64,000 nt of DNA from an uncultured Thermoleophilia bacterium (GCA_963702475.1 CAVPCT010000003.1:480001-544000); one strand, 5' to 3'. Positions 1-9,411 are shown, counted from the stretch's first letter. Translations and numbers: made by a program. Notes: generated by a model not told the origin, from the sequence alone.

Positions 1-510
1 AACAACAACCCCGTCGCCGGCGTGACCGTGACCTTCGCCGTCGCCTCCGGCGGCGGCTCCGTGACCGGCGCCACGGCCACCACCGGCGCCTCGGGCATCG
101 CCGCCGTCGGCAGCTGGACGCTGGGCACGATCGCCGGCGCCAACACCCTCACGGCTACCAGCGCCGGCCTCAGCGGCTCACCGCTGACCTTCACCGCCAC
201 CGGCCTCGCCGGCGCGGCCACCAGGTACGTCGTCACGTCGAGCAGCTACAACCCGGTCGCCGGCGCCGCCGTCATCGTCACGGCGCAGCTTGCCGACGTG
301 TGGAACAACCCGGTGAAGACGTCGGGCATCTCCGTCACCTGGAGCAAAACGGGGTCCGGCGGCACCTTCAGCGCCAACCCCACCACCACGAACACCAACG
401 GCATCGCCACGGTCACGTTCACCACAGGCCCGACCCTCGGCACCGTCTACCTCATCACCGCCTCGAGCACCGGACGCACCGGGACCAGTCCCGCTATCAC
501 CACGAGGTGA
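1..510 (+). CDS. C-terminal part of an invasin-type Ig-like (Big_1) repeat surface protein (5' end outside window)
   Basis: Frame is open from base 1. Two related Thr/Gly-rich repeats: NNPVAGVTVTFAV...TTGASGIA and DVWNNPVKTSGISVTW...TTNTNGIATVTF. Confidence 0.75.
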   Translation, partial: NNNPVAGVTVTFAVASGGGSVTGATATTGASGIAAVGSWTLGTIAGANTLTATSAGLSGSPLTFTATGLAGAATRYVVTSSSYNPVAGAAVIVTAQLADVWNNPVKTSGISVTWSKTGSGGTFSANPTTTNTNGIATVTFTTGPTLGTVYLITASSTGRTGTSPAITTR

Positions 511-728
511 TCTCCCGCCGGAGCAGCCCGCCCGGTGGTCCGCCGACCCCGAGTCAACGCACGCTCCCAGCGCCGCGGTGCGTCGTCCGGGCCGGCGCAG
601 GCGGGATACCCGCGCATCGAGTCCTCCTTGCCCATGTCGCCCGGGAAGGGCCGTCCCGATGACTTCAGTGGACCGACGGACGGTGCGGGCGCCTCCGGCG
701 CCCGCGGAAGGAGCCGGGGCACGGCACC

Positions 729-1283
729 ATGGACGGCGCGGGCATCAGGAGCTTCAGCAGAGGGTTCCGCATCGTCGTCTCGCTGCTGGTCGTCCTGGTG
801 GCCGCCGGCGTGTGTGCCGGTGCTTCCGCGCAGTGGTCCGCGGCGGCGACCGCGCTGCCCAGTGGAGTCTTCTCGCCCGGGGGCGTCGCGCTCGCCGGCG
901 GCTCCGTCGACATGGATGCGGCAGCGCTCACGCCGGGCTATACCGTGACGTGGGTGGCGGCGGTCGCCAACGACGGAGACGCCCGCGGCCGCTTCACGTT
1001 CGGGACCGGCACGCTGATGGATAACCCCGGCGCGGGCGGAGGCAGCCTCGCTGATGCGCTGAGCGTGTCAGTTGTCGACGTCACGGCTGGGAGACATCAC
1101 CACCTCGTCTACAACGGGTCTCTCGCCGGATTGCGCGGCCTGGACCTCGGCACCCTCGGTCCCGGCGATGAACGCTCGTACCGTATCGCCGTGACCTTCC
1201 CGCAGCAGACGGTCGACTCCGCCGTGTACGCGGGCAGCTCCCTGGCGCTGAGCCTCCAGTGGACGGTCGTGACCGCGGACTGA
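729..1283 (+). CDS. Secreted protein resembling the TasA/CalY (SipW-type signal peptide) family
   Basis: N-terminal hydrophobic stretch ending GASAQWS; LTPG...VANDG motif; C-terminal YAGSSLALSLQW. Confidence 0.5.
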   Translation: MDGAGIRSFSRGFRIVVSLLVVLVAAGVCAGASAQWSAAATALPSGVFSPGGVALAGGSVDMDAAALTPGYTVTWVAAVANDGDARGRFTFGTGTLMDNPGAGGGSLADALSVSVVDVTAGRHHHLVYNGSLAGLRGLDLGTLGPGDERSYRIAVTFPQQTVDSAVYAGSSLALSLQWTVVTAD

Positions 1284-1348
1284 GCTCGTCGGCCCAGATC
1301 GACCGCGCTCGGGCGCTCAGGCCGCCGTTCGAGGCGGGCGTCAGCCGC

Positions 1349-2734
1349 TCAGCGCGCCTTCTCCCACTTCTGCAGGTAGGCCACCTCGGCGAGGGTCCTG
1401 CCGGCGTCGATCTCGCCGCGCATGCGGTTCTCCTTCTCGAGCACGTCCATGGCGCGGTTGGCGAGCTCGACGGCCTGCTCCTTGGGCAGGACCATCACGC
1501 CGTCGTCGTCGCCGACGATCCAGTCGCCGGGGCGCACCGTCTGGCCGGCCACGGTGATCGGCACGTTGATCTCGCCGAAGCCCTTGGGCTCGCCGGCGTT
1601 TGCGCACACCTTGCTGCTGAAGGCGGGGAAGCCGAGGCGCGCGATCTCCGGGGTGTCGCGGATCGCGCCCCACACCACGAGGCCGGCCACGCCCTTGACC
1701 ATCGCGCTGTGCGTGGCCAGCTCGCCCCACATGGCCGGCGTGGCGTCGCAGGCGTCGATGACGAGCACGTCGCCGGGCCGACAGACGTCGATAGCCTCGA
1801 CGGGCTTGGCCCAGTCGCCCGCGTAGGTGCGCACGGTGACGGCCGGGCCGCACATGTGCGCGCCCGGCAACAGGGCCCGGATGCCCGGCAGGCTCGGCTG
1901 CCGGTGCCAGGCGTCGCTCACGTTGGCCGTCGAGACCTGCTCGAGCACCGCGCGGATGTCGCCGGATGCCGCGCGCTTGTACAGCTTGGTCTCGATGCAC
2001 ACGCGCTCGTCCACGGCGCGCCGGATCTCCGCCGCTGCGCCGGCGGCGTCGACCGACTTGATGATGGCGCCGCCCACGACCACGATCTGCGCGCCGGCGT
2101 CCACGGCCGCCGCCGCCGTCTCGCTGTTGATGCCGCCGGCCACCGAGACCGGGATCACGACGGCCTCGGCCACGGCCTTGAGCGTCTCGAAGGGCGCCTC
2201 ACCGCGCATCTGCTGGTCGATGGCCGTGTGGATGCCGATGTAGTCGGCGCCGAGCTCCTCGGCGCGCTTCGCGCGCGCGACGGGGTCGGCGACCTCGATC
2301 ATGTCGACGATGAGCCGGCAGCCGTAGTTGCGCGCCGCCTCGGCGCACTCCTTGATCGTGCTGTCCGACGCGGCACCGAGCACGCCGACCACGCCGGCGC
2401 CGGCCTTGGCCGCGTACTCCACCTCGGTGCGGCCGGCGTCCATGGTCTTCATGTCGGCGACGATGACCTTGTCGGGGAACTCGGCCTTGAGCGCGCGCAC
2501 GGCGTTGAGGCCCTCCGCCTTGATGAGCGGCGTGCCGGCCTCGATCCAGTCCACGCCGCCCGCCACCGCCTCGCGCGCCACTTCGAGCGCGCGCGGCAGG
2601 TCCACGAAGTCCAGCGCGACCTGCAGGATCGGGCGCGGCCTGCTGGGGTCGCCGCCGGCCGCGCACTCGGGCTCGCCGAGGATGGCTTCGTCCACGAGCT
2701 CCTCGCGGCCGGCCTCAGGCTCTCCGGCAGTCAT
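1349..2734 (-). CDS. 3-hexulose-6-phosphate synthase fused to a C-terminal RraA/HMG-aldolase-like domain
   Basis: HPS motifs LQVALD, WIEAGTPLIKAEG, IVADMKTMDAG, VAGGIN; RraA motifs STANVSDA, GPAVTV, WGELA, GAIRD, VRPGDWIVGDDDGV. ATGA overlap with the upstream gene. Confidence 0.9.
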   Translation of the reverse strand: MTAGEPEAGREELVDEAILGEPECAAGGDPSRPRPILQVALDFVDLPRALEVAREAVAGGVDWIEAGTPLIKAEGLNAVRALKAEFPDKVIVADMKTMDAGRTEVEYAAKAGAGVVGVLGAASDSTIKECAEAARNYGCRLIVDMIEVADPVARAKRAEELGADYIGIHTAIDQQMRGEAPFETLKAVAEAVVIPVSVAGGINSETAAAAVDAGAQIVVVGGAIIKSVDAAGAAAEIRRAVDERVCIETKLYKRAASGDIRAVLEQVSTANVSDAWHRQPSLPGIRALLPGAHMCGPAVTVRTYAGDWAKPVEAIDVCRPGDVLVIDACDATPAMWGELATHSAMVKGVAGLVVWGAIRDTPEIARLGFPAFSSKVCANAGEPKGFGEINVPITVAGQTVRPGDWIVGDDDGVMVLPKEQAVELANRAMDVLEKENRMRGEIDAGRTLAEVAYLQKWEKAR

Positions 2735-3204
2735 ACGCCCATCACCTGCACCACGACGCTGCGCTCGCGCGGGCGCGCGTCGAAGTCGCAGAACACGATG
2801 TTCTGGTAGACGCCGAGCGTCAGGCGGCCGTCGACGAACGGCACGACCAGCGACGGCCCCACGAGCCCAGCGCGCACGTGCGAGTGCCCGTTGCCGTCGC
2901 CCAGGTTCACGTTGTGCCGGTAGAACTGCCCGGCGGGCGCGACGACGTCGAGCGCCCGCTGCACGTCCTCCACCACGCCCGGCTCGAACTCCAGCGTGGT
3001 GAGCGCGCCGGTCGCGCCCGGGACGAACAGGGTGACGGTGCCGTCCGAGAGACCGGTCCGGCGCACGGCCTCGACCACGTCATCGGTGATCTTGATCATG
3101 TCGGCGTTCCCGTTGCTCGAGAACTCGATGCTGCCGGTGATGACGCGGACCAGGCCCTCACGCGCGTGGTCCTTCTGCTTGCCGTTGACGAAGACGGTCG
3201 CCAT
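2731..3204 (-). CDS. YjbQ/UPF0047 family protein (secondary thiamine-phosphate synthase)
   Basis: FVPGATGALTTLEFEPG, GDGNGHSHVRA and LGVYQNIVFCDFDARPRER motifs. Confidence 0.88.
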   Translation of the reverse strand: MATVFVNGKQKDHAREGLVRVITGSIEFSSNGNADMIKITDDVVEAVRRTGLSDGTVTLFVPGATGALTTLEFEPGVVEDVQRALDVVAPAGQFYRHNVNLGDGNGHSHVRAGLVGPSLVVPFVDGRLTLGVYQNIVFCDFDARPRERSVVVQVMGV

Positions 3205-3217
3205 GGGTCCCTTCCTT

Positions 3218-4147
3218 TCAGGTGGTCGCGTCCTCGGCGGGGTACGCGCTGGGGGTGACTGTGACGTTGTCGATGAGCCGCACGGCGCCCAGGCGGGCCG
3301 CGGCGATGAGGAGCGAGCCAGGCTCGATGGTCGCGCGCGGCTCGAAGGTGTCGGGGTCGACGATCGCGAGGTAGTCGAGGTCGAACGTGGTGTCGGACCG
3401 CGGCGCTTCGTCGCGAAGGGCGGCGGGGCGTTCGTCCGTGGGCGGCGGACCGGTCATCAGCAGTGCGCTCGCGGCAGCCACGATGACGTCCTTGGCCGTC
3501 GCGTGCGGCCGGCCGCCGGCGGCAGCCCCGGCCATCAGGGCCGCGTACAGGTTGGGTGCCGCGGCGCGCTGCTCGCACGTGAGGTACGTGTTGCGCGAGC
3601 TCATGGCGAGCCCGTCCGGCTCGCGCACGGTGGGCACGGCGACCACGTCGGCGCCGAGGTCCAGGTCGCCGACGAAGCGGCGCACGACCGCGAGTTGCTG
3701 GGCGTCCTTCTGCCCGAAGTAGAGCACGTCGGGCCGGACGACGCAGGTCAGCTTGGTGACGATGAGCGCCATGCCGTCGAAGTGACCCCGCCGGTGGGCG
3801 CCCTCGTACTGGTCGGTCAGCGGGCCGCGCACCTGGACACCGGTGGCGAAGCCCTTGGGGTACATCTCCGCGGCGGCCGGGGCGAAGACGAGGTCGACGC
3901 CGCGCTCCTCGAGCATGGCCAGATCGCTCGCCTCGGTGCGCGGGTACGCGTCGAAGTCCTCACCCGCGCCGAACTGCGTAGGGTTCACGAACACGGACAC
4001 GGTCACCGACGCGCAGCGCTGCCTGGCTGCGTCCACGAGCGCCAGGTGCCCGGCGTGCAGCGCGCCCATGGTCGGCGCGAAGCCGAGCGGGCGCGGCAGC
4101 CCGGCGAGGGCTTGCCTCGTTTCGTCGACTGTCCGAGTGACGATCAC
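3218..4147 (-). CDS. panC: Pantoate--beta-alanine ligase
   Basis: PTMGALHAGH, FVNPTQF, GQKDAQQ, REPDGLAMSSRN, RLIDN. Confidence 0.97.
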   Translation of the reverse strand: MIVTRTVDETRQALAGLPRPLGFAPTMGALHAGHLALVDAARQRCASVTVSVFVNPTQFGAGEDFDAYPRTEASDLAMLEERGVDLVFAPAAAEMYPKGFATGVQVRGPLTDQYEGAHRRGHFDGMALIVTKLTCVVRPDVLYFGQKDAQQLAVVRRFVGDLDLGADVVAVPTVREPDGLAMSSRNTYLTCEQRAAAPNLYAALMAGAAAGGRPHATAKDVIVAAASALLMTGPPPTDERPAALRDEAPRSDTTFDLDYLAIVDPDTFEPRATIEPGSLLIAAARLGAVRLIDNVTVTPSAYPAEDATT

Positions 4148-4187
4148 GGGTGCCCGTCCGGGGCCGGCGTCTGGGCAGGGGCGGTGC

Positions 4188-5075
4188 TCACGCCCACTCG
4201 TCTTTGCCGAGCAGCTGCTGCAGTGTCGTCACCTGCTCGTCGTCGAGGCGCGGGGCGGCGAGCGCCAGCGCCTCGAGGCTCAGAGAGCGGTAGGTCGCTG
4301 CGAGCCGGGGGCTCTCGCGGTCGAGCAGGCGGAGGTGCGCACGCACGGTACCCACGTCGCCGCGCGCGACCGGTCCAGTGAGCGCGTGCGCCGGCTCGCC
4401 GCTCGCCAGCAGGTTCTCCACGGTGGTCCGGAGCAGGGCTTGCAGGTAGCGCAGGCCTTGCCCATCGTGCGTGGCCTCGTCCATCAGACGCTTGGCCTCG
4501 CTCTCCAGAGCCACGAGCAGGTTGCAGCCGACCACGGCCGACAGGTGGTAGAGCGTCTTGCGCTCGTCGTCGAGCCGGAAGGGCTGCATGCCGAGGCGGG
4601 AGGCGAGCTCCTCGCCGAGCCGCAGGTCGCGCTCCTCGTGCGCCGTCACGGCGCACGACACGTCGCGCAGCAGCTCGGCGCGCGGCTCGCCCACGAACGT
4701 CTGCAGGGGGTGCAGGCAGAGCACGCGCACCCCCTGTTCGTGCAGCGGCCTGAGCAGGTGGATCGAACCGAGGCCGCTCGAGTGTACCGCCAGCGGCTGC
4801 GGCCCGCCCGCGCGGCGGCACGACCGCATGGCCTCCGCCAGCCGGCCGGCCACGCCGAAGATCTCGTCGTCGGGCACGGCCAGCCACCAGGCGTCCGCCT
4901 CGAGTGCCGCGTCGTGCACGCGCACGTGCGGAATGCTGCTGAACAGCGAGGTGTCGTCGTCGGCGTGTACCCCGACGGCGGAGACTGTGAGCCCGGCCTC
5001 GAGCAGGCCGGCGAGGACGGTCGATCCCAGGCGTCCGGGACCGATCACGCAGAAGCGGTACGCGTCGATGCTCAA
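4188..5075 (-). CDS. Rossmann-like/DUF2520 oxidoreductase (PanG-like ketopantoate reductase candidate)
   Basis: GPGRLG Rossmann motif, LAVPDD, HSSG, LHPLQTF, ALTGPVARGD. Start placed at TTG 5075 behind a GGAGAGG SD; lies directly upstream of panC. Confidence 0.8.
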   Translation of the reverse strand: MSIDAYRFCVIGPGRLGSTVLAGLLEAGLTVSAVGVHADDDTSLFSSIPHVRVHDAALEADAWWLAVPDDEIFGVAGRLAEAMRSCRRAGGPQPLAVHSSGLGSIHLLRPLHEQGVRVLCLHPLQTFVGEPRAELLRDVSCAVTAHEERDLRLGEELASRLGMQPFRLDDERKTLYHLSAVVGCNLLVALESEAKRLMDEATHDGQGLRYLQALLRTTVENLLASGEPAHALTGPVARGDVGTVRAHLRLLDRESPRLAATYRSLSLEALALAAPRLDDEQVTTLQQLLGKDEWA

Positions 5076-5297
5076 GCCCTCGACCTCTCCGGCTGCGGTC
5101 CGCCGCCGGGGCGGTACCGTGCCTGCCTCAGGCCTGTGAACCACAGGCGAGGATCCCCGTCTCCTGCCGAAGCTCGGAGCGGAGGCTGTGAAGAGGGTAG
5201 CGGCGCTCGCGCGCGCGGTCAATCACGCTGACCACGATACGGATGCGCGGCGCTCAGGCGCGACGTTCCTCCCGTGACCGGGTGGTACACTACGCCC

Positions 5298-5516
5298 ATG
5301 CCGATCTACGAATTCTGCTGCAACCAGTGCGGAACCGCCTTTGAGGAGCTGGTCCGCAACGGCACCAAGCCCGTGTGTCCGGAGTGCAGGTCGGGCGACG
5401 TCTGCCGCCTGCTCTCCACCTTCGCCGTGCACTCGTCATCCGCCAACCTCGGCGGCAAGGGAGCGACCAAGAGCTGTTCCTCCTGCGCCGGCTCCTCCTG
5501 TGCCACCTGCCACTGA
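5298..5516 (+). CDS. FmdB-family zinc-ribbon protein
   Basis: MPIYEFCCNQCG...F...CPECRS...RLLS with C-terminal CSSCAGSSCATCH. TACACT -10 element 6 nt before the ATG (leaderless). Confidence 0.88.
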   Translation: MPIYEFCCNQCGTAFEELVRNGTKPVCPECRSGDVCRLLSTFAVHSSSANLGGKGATKSCSSCAGSSCATCH

Positions 5517-6540
5517 CGACGTCATCGCCGCGCTCGACGCCCTCCGCACCGAAGTGGAGGCGTGCACGCGTTGTCCCCTGCACGAGACACGCACCAGGGC
5601 CGTGTTCGGGGAGGGCGATGCCGCCTCCGACCTCATGTTCGTCGGGGAGGCCCCGGGCTATCACGAGGACCAGCAGGGCCGGCCGTTCGTAGGTCAGGCC
5701 GGCAAGCTGCTCGAGCAGCTGCTCGCATCCATCGGTCTCACGCGCGAGCAGGTGTTCATCGCCAACGTCCTCAAGAGCCGCCCGCCCAACAACCGCGACC
5801 CGCGCCCTGACGAGATAGCCGCCTGTCAGCCATACCTCCGGCGGCAGATCGAGCTCATCCGTCCCCGGATCATCTGCACGCTCGGCAACCATGCGACGAA
5901 GCTGTTGACGGGCAACCCCGCCGGCATCACGCGCGTGCACGGTCAGCCCCAGGCGCACACCATCAACGACGTCGACCTGTACCTGTTCCCGATCTTCCAC
6001 CCGGCCGCGGCACTGTACACGCCGGCCATGCTCGACACGCTCAAGCAGGACTTCCTGCGTCTGCCCGAGCTTCTGGCGCACGCTGCGCCTCAAGGCGGGC
6101 AGGCGGCCGGGGCGCCGGGCGCCGAGCGCCCGGCCTGGCGGCCGCCCCAGCGGCAGGCCTCCCCGTCCGGCGACGGGCGGCAGTCCGCCGGTGATCAGCC
6201 GGACCTGCTCAGCGTGCCGCCGCAGGCCGCGGAGACCGCCGCGGCTGAGCAGCCTGCTTCGCCCCCCGGCGAGCCGGCGTCCTCGCCGGCGCCTGGCCCA
6301 CCCGACGAGCCTGCGCCTTCGCTTGAGTCAGGTCCGCCCCGCGACGAGCCTGCCCTCCCGTCCGGCGCGCCGGCGCCGGGTCCACCAGACGGCCCGCCGC
6401 CGTCCCCCTCGTCCGGCCCGCCGCCGGACGAGCAGCCGGCGCAGCCCGCCGCGCCCGGCCGGTCTGCCGCCGTGCCCGGCCCGCCTGACGCCCGGCCCCT
6501 CGCCGAGTCCGGCCCGCCGGAGCAGCTCGGCCTGTTCTGA
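5500..6540 (+). CDS. Family-4 (4Fe-4S) uracil-DNA glycosylase with long Pro-rich C-terminal tail
   Basis: CTRCPL, FVGEAPG, GRPFVGQAG, NVLKSRPPNNRDP, FHPAAALY. Start inferred at GTG 5500. Confidence 0.93.
   Translation: MPPATDDVIAALDALRTEVEACTRCPLHETRTRAVFGEGDAASDLMFVGEAPGYHEDQQGRPFVGQAGKLLEQLLASIGLTREQVFIANVLKSRPPNNRDPRPDEIAACQPYLRRQIELIRPRIICTLGNHATKLLTGNPAGITRVHGQPQAHTINDVDLYLFPIFHPAAALYTPAMLDTLKQDFLRLPELLAHAAPQGGQAAGAPGAERPAWRPPQRQASPSGDGRQSAGDQPDLLSVPPQAAETAAAEQPASPPGEPASSPAPGPPDEPAPSLESGPPRDEPALPSGAPAPGPPDGPPPSPSSGPPPDEQPAQPAAPGRSAAVPGPPDARPLAESGPPEQLGLF
6280..6520 (+). repeat. Three imperfect coding repeats (PGPPDx5-6[E/S]SGPP) in the UDG tail
   Basis: PAPGPPDEPAPSLESGPP / PAPGPPDGPPPSPSSGPP / AVPGPPDARPLAESGPP. 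Confidence 0.7.
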
Positions 6541-7071
6541 ATGGTCCTGCTGACGCTCGCCTCGCCGGCCCAGACACGACGGTTCGCGCGGGTGCTGGCG
6601 GCCCTGCTGCAGCCGCCCGCGCTCGTGACCGTCGACGGAGACCTGGGCACCGGCAAGACCACTATGGTGCGCGAGGTGCTGCGCGCTCGCGGCGTGCGCG
6701 GCGCCGTGACGAGTCCGTCGTTCACGCTGGCCCAGAGCTATCATGGGACGCGGGGCCAGGTCCTGCATCATCTCGATCTCTACCGTCTGGCCAGCGGGGC
6801 CGACGTCGATCTCTTCGCCTGGGACGACTACCTGGGACCCGAGGCGCTCACCTTCGTGGAGTGGCCGGCGGCCGGGCAGGGCGTGCTGCCCCCGGCCGAC
6901 GTGCGCCTCGAGCTCGAGCACCGCACGCGTAACAGCCGTACGGCGCGCCTGTTCGCGGCGCCGGCCTTCGAGGCTGCCGCGGCCGAGGGCGCGGCAGCCG
7001 AGGGCATCCGCATCGAGGCCGTCGCGCTCGCCGGCGACGCCGGCGCGGGAGGGGAGGAGCGTTCGCCATGA
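6541..7071 (+). CDS. tsaE: tRNA t6A biosynthesis ATPase TsaE
   Basis: GDLGTGKTT, VTSPSFTL, HLDLYRL, VEWP. Confidence 0.95.
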   Translation: MVLLTLASPAQTRRFARVLAALLQPPALVTVDGDLGTGKTTMVREVLRARGVRGAVTSPSFTLAQSYHGTRGQVLHHLDLYRLASGADVDLFAWDDYLGPEALTFVEWPAAGQGVLPPADVRLELEHRTRNSRTARLFAAPAFEAAAAEGAAAEGIRIEAVALAGDAGAGGEERSP

Positions 7072-7853
7072 TACTCGCCCTCGAGACGGCGACGACGGCG
7101 TGCTCCGTCGCTCTTTGCCACGGCGACGGCCGGGTGCTCGCCGAGGCCATCGCCCTGGACGGGCCGGCGCATGCGCAGCGCCTCCTGCCGGGCGTGCACG
7201 AGGTGCTCGCGCAGGCCGGCGCGGTGTGGGACGACGTCGACACCGTGGCCGCCGGCCTGGGCCCCGGGGCGTTCACCGGCCTCCGGATCGGGGTCGCCAC
7301 GGCCCGCGCCCTGGCTCAGGCCGACGGGCGCGTGCGCCTCGCCGGTGTGCCGACCACCGCGGCGCTGGCGCTGGCGCTGGCCGGCCGCTCGCCCCGCGCG
7401 GCCACGCTCGTGCCGCTCATCGACGGCAAGCGGCGCGAGGTGTTCGCGGCCGCTTTCGTGGCCGACGACGAACGCGGCGTGCGCGTGATCGAGGAGGCCC
7501 GCGCATTGGCGCTCACCGACGTTGCTGCGTGGCTGGCCAGGTTCGACGAGCCGGTGGTCGGCGGCGACGGCGTCGCCCTTCTGACCGGCGTCCTGCCCAC
7601 AGGGGTCACCGCCTCCGGCGTCACGGCGCCCACCGCGGCCATGGTGGGCCTCGCCGTGGCGCGCGGCGTCCCGGGTCTCGTCGTCGGCGCGGATGCCGTG
7701 CTGCCCCTGTACGGCCGCGCTCCCGACGCCGCCCGCTGGCCCGGGGCGGCCGAGGCGATGCCGGCCGGCGGCGTTCCGCGCCCCGGCGAGACCGCGGTGG
7801 CCGCGCCCGCCGGCGCTGCTGCGGTCGCTCCCTCGAAGGAGGCTCACCGGTGA
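7068..7853 (+). CDS. tsaB: tRNA t6A biosynthesis protein TsaB
   Basis: MILALETAT, GLGPGAFTGLRIG, IDGKRREVF. Confidence 0.95.
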   Translation: MILALETATTACSVALCHGDGRVLAEAIALDGPAHAQRLLPGVHEVLAQAGAVWDDVDTVAAGLGPGAFTGLRIGVATARALAQADGRVRLAGVPTTAALALALAGRSPRAATLVPLIDGKRREVFAAAFVADDERGVRVIEEARALALTDVAAWLARFDEPVVGGDGVALLTGVLPTGVTASGVTAPTAAMVGLAVARGVPGLVVGADAVLPLYGRAPDAARWPGAAEAMPAGGVPRPGETAVAAPAGAAAVAPSKEAHR

Positions 7854-8338
7854 CGTTCGAGGTCGTCCCCGGCGGCGCCGACGAGACCGTGGTGGTCCGC
7901 GGCATGCAGTTCACCGACCTCGAGACCGTGGCCGCCATCGAGCGGCGTGTCTTCTCGCTGCCGTGGTCGCTCGCCATCTTCAGCGGACAACTGGCGCGCG
8001 AGAGCGGCATCTGTCTGGTCTGCGAGGACGGCGACCGGATCGCCGCCTACCTGATCGCCGACATGTTCGTGGACGTGTGGCACTTGATGAACCTCGCCGT
8101 CGACGCCCCGCATCGGCGCAAGCACCTGGGCTCCGCGCTCATGGAAGCGTACTTCGCCATCACAGAGCGACAGGGGCATCGCGGTCACACGCTGGAGGTC
8201 CGGGTCTCCAACGTCGCCGCCATCGACCTGTATCGGAGTTTCGGCTTCGTGCCCACCGGGGTGCGGCCGCGCTACTACAGCGACGATCGCGAGGACGCCC
8301 TCATCATGTGGAAGGACTGGGAGGGGGAGTCAGCTTGA
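7850..8338 (+). CDS. rimI: Ribosomal-protein-alanine N-acetyltransferase
   Basis: GNAT motifs LEVRVSN...LYRSFGF...RPRYY...EDALIM. GTGA overlap with tsaB; SD AAGGAGG. Confidence 0.92.
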   Translation: MTFEVVPGGADETVVVRGMQFTDLETVAAIERRVFSLPWSLAIFSGQLARESGICLVCEDGDRIAAYLIADMFVDVWHLMNLAVDAPHRRKHLGSALMEAYFAITERQGHRGHTLEVRVSNVAAIDLYRSFGFVPTGVRPRYYSDDREDALIMWKDWEGESA

Positions 8339-9411
8339 CGGCTGCCGCCCGCGGCGGGGACGAGGCCGCCGGCCCCGCCGGCCCCCTGCTCTGCATCGAG
8401 ACGTCGTGCGACGACACGAGCGCCGCCGTGGTGCGGGGTCGTGAGGTGCTGTCGTCCGTCGTCTCGTCGCAGAACGAGCTGCACGCGCAGTTCGGCGGCG
8501 TGGTGCCGGAGGTGGCCTCGCGCCGCCACACGGAGCTCGTCAACGAGGTCGTAGCCCAGGCGCTCACGGAGGCCGGCATCACGTGGGACGACCTCGGCGG
8601 CGTCGCCGCGACCCGGGGTCCCGGCCTCATCGGCGCCCTGCTGGTGGGGCTGGCAGCGGCCAAGGCCATCGCCTACCGCCGCCGCCTGCCGCTCATCCCG
8701 GTCAACCATCTGCAGGGCCACATCGCCGCCAACTACGCCCTCGGCGTGGAGGCCCCGTTCGTCTGTCTCGTGGCCAGCGGCGGGCACACGCTGCTGGCGG
8801 TGGTGGAGCGCGGCGTCGAGTACCGGGTCGCCGCGCGGACCATGGACGACGCCGCCGGCGAGGCCTTCGACAAGGGCGCCCGTCTGCTCGGCCTGGGCTA
8901 CCCCGGCGGCAGGGAGCTGGACCAGCTGGCCGCGACCGGCGACGCGCGTTTCGTGACGTTCCCGCGCGCCGTGCCGCGCGGCCGCGACTTCAGCTTCAGC
9001 GGTCTCAAGACGGCGCTGCTGTACGACCTCAGGGAGAGGACGGAGGCCGAGGTCGCGGCGCACCGCGCCGACATCGCGGCGTCGTACCAGGCGGCCATCG
9101 TCAACCAGCTGGTCGACAAGACGCTGGCTTGCGCCGAGGCCGAGGGCCTGCGCTCGGTTGCGGTCGCCGGCGGCGTGGCCGCCAACTCCGGCTTGCGCGC
9201 GGCGCTCACCGCGCGTGGCGAGACCGCGGGTCTCGCGGTGTCGCTGCCGCCGCTGCGGCTGTGCACCGACAACGCGGCCATGATCGGCCTCGCCGCCGGC
9301 TTCCTCCCGGCCGTGCCGTGGCCCGACTACCTCGCCCTGGACGCCTTCGCCAGCGACAGTGCGGCCAGGGCCGCGCGCCCCGTGAAGAGACGCCGGCGCG
9401 CCTCCGCCTGA
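8335..9411 (+). CDS. tsaD: tRNA N6-threonylcarbamoyltransferase TsaD
   Basis: IETSCDDT, GGVVPEVASRRH, HLQGH, SGGHT, DDAAGEAFDK, CTDNAAMIG. Confidence 0.97.
   Translation: MTAAARGGDEAAGPAGPLLCIETSCDDTSAAVVRGREVLSSVVSSQNELHAQFGGVVPEVASRRHTELVNEVVAQALTEAGITWDDLGGVAATRGPGLIGALLVGLAAAKAIAYRRRLPLIPVNHLQGHIAANYALGVEAPFVCLVASGGHTLLAVVERGVEYRVAARTMDDAAGEAFDKGARLLGLGYPGGRELDQLAATGDARFVTFPRAVPRGRDFSFSGLKTALLYDLRERTEAEVAAHRADIAASYQAAIVNQLVDKTLACAEAEGLRSVAVAGGVAANSGLRAALTARGETAGLAVSLPPLRLCTDNAAMIGLAAGFLPAVPWPDYLALDAFASDSAARAARPVKRRRRASA

Noticed and set aside
511-728. Possible c-di-GMP riboswitch upstream of the TasA-like gene
   Set aside because: The GGCAAAC/GCAAAGC class I signature is absent and I could not fit the class II consensus.
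6240-6520. CRISPR-like or mobile repeat in the UDG 3' region
   Set aside because: Repeats are imperfect, in-frame coding repeats without spacers; no CRISPR array or cas gene is seen anywhere in the window.
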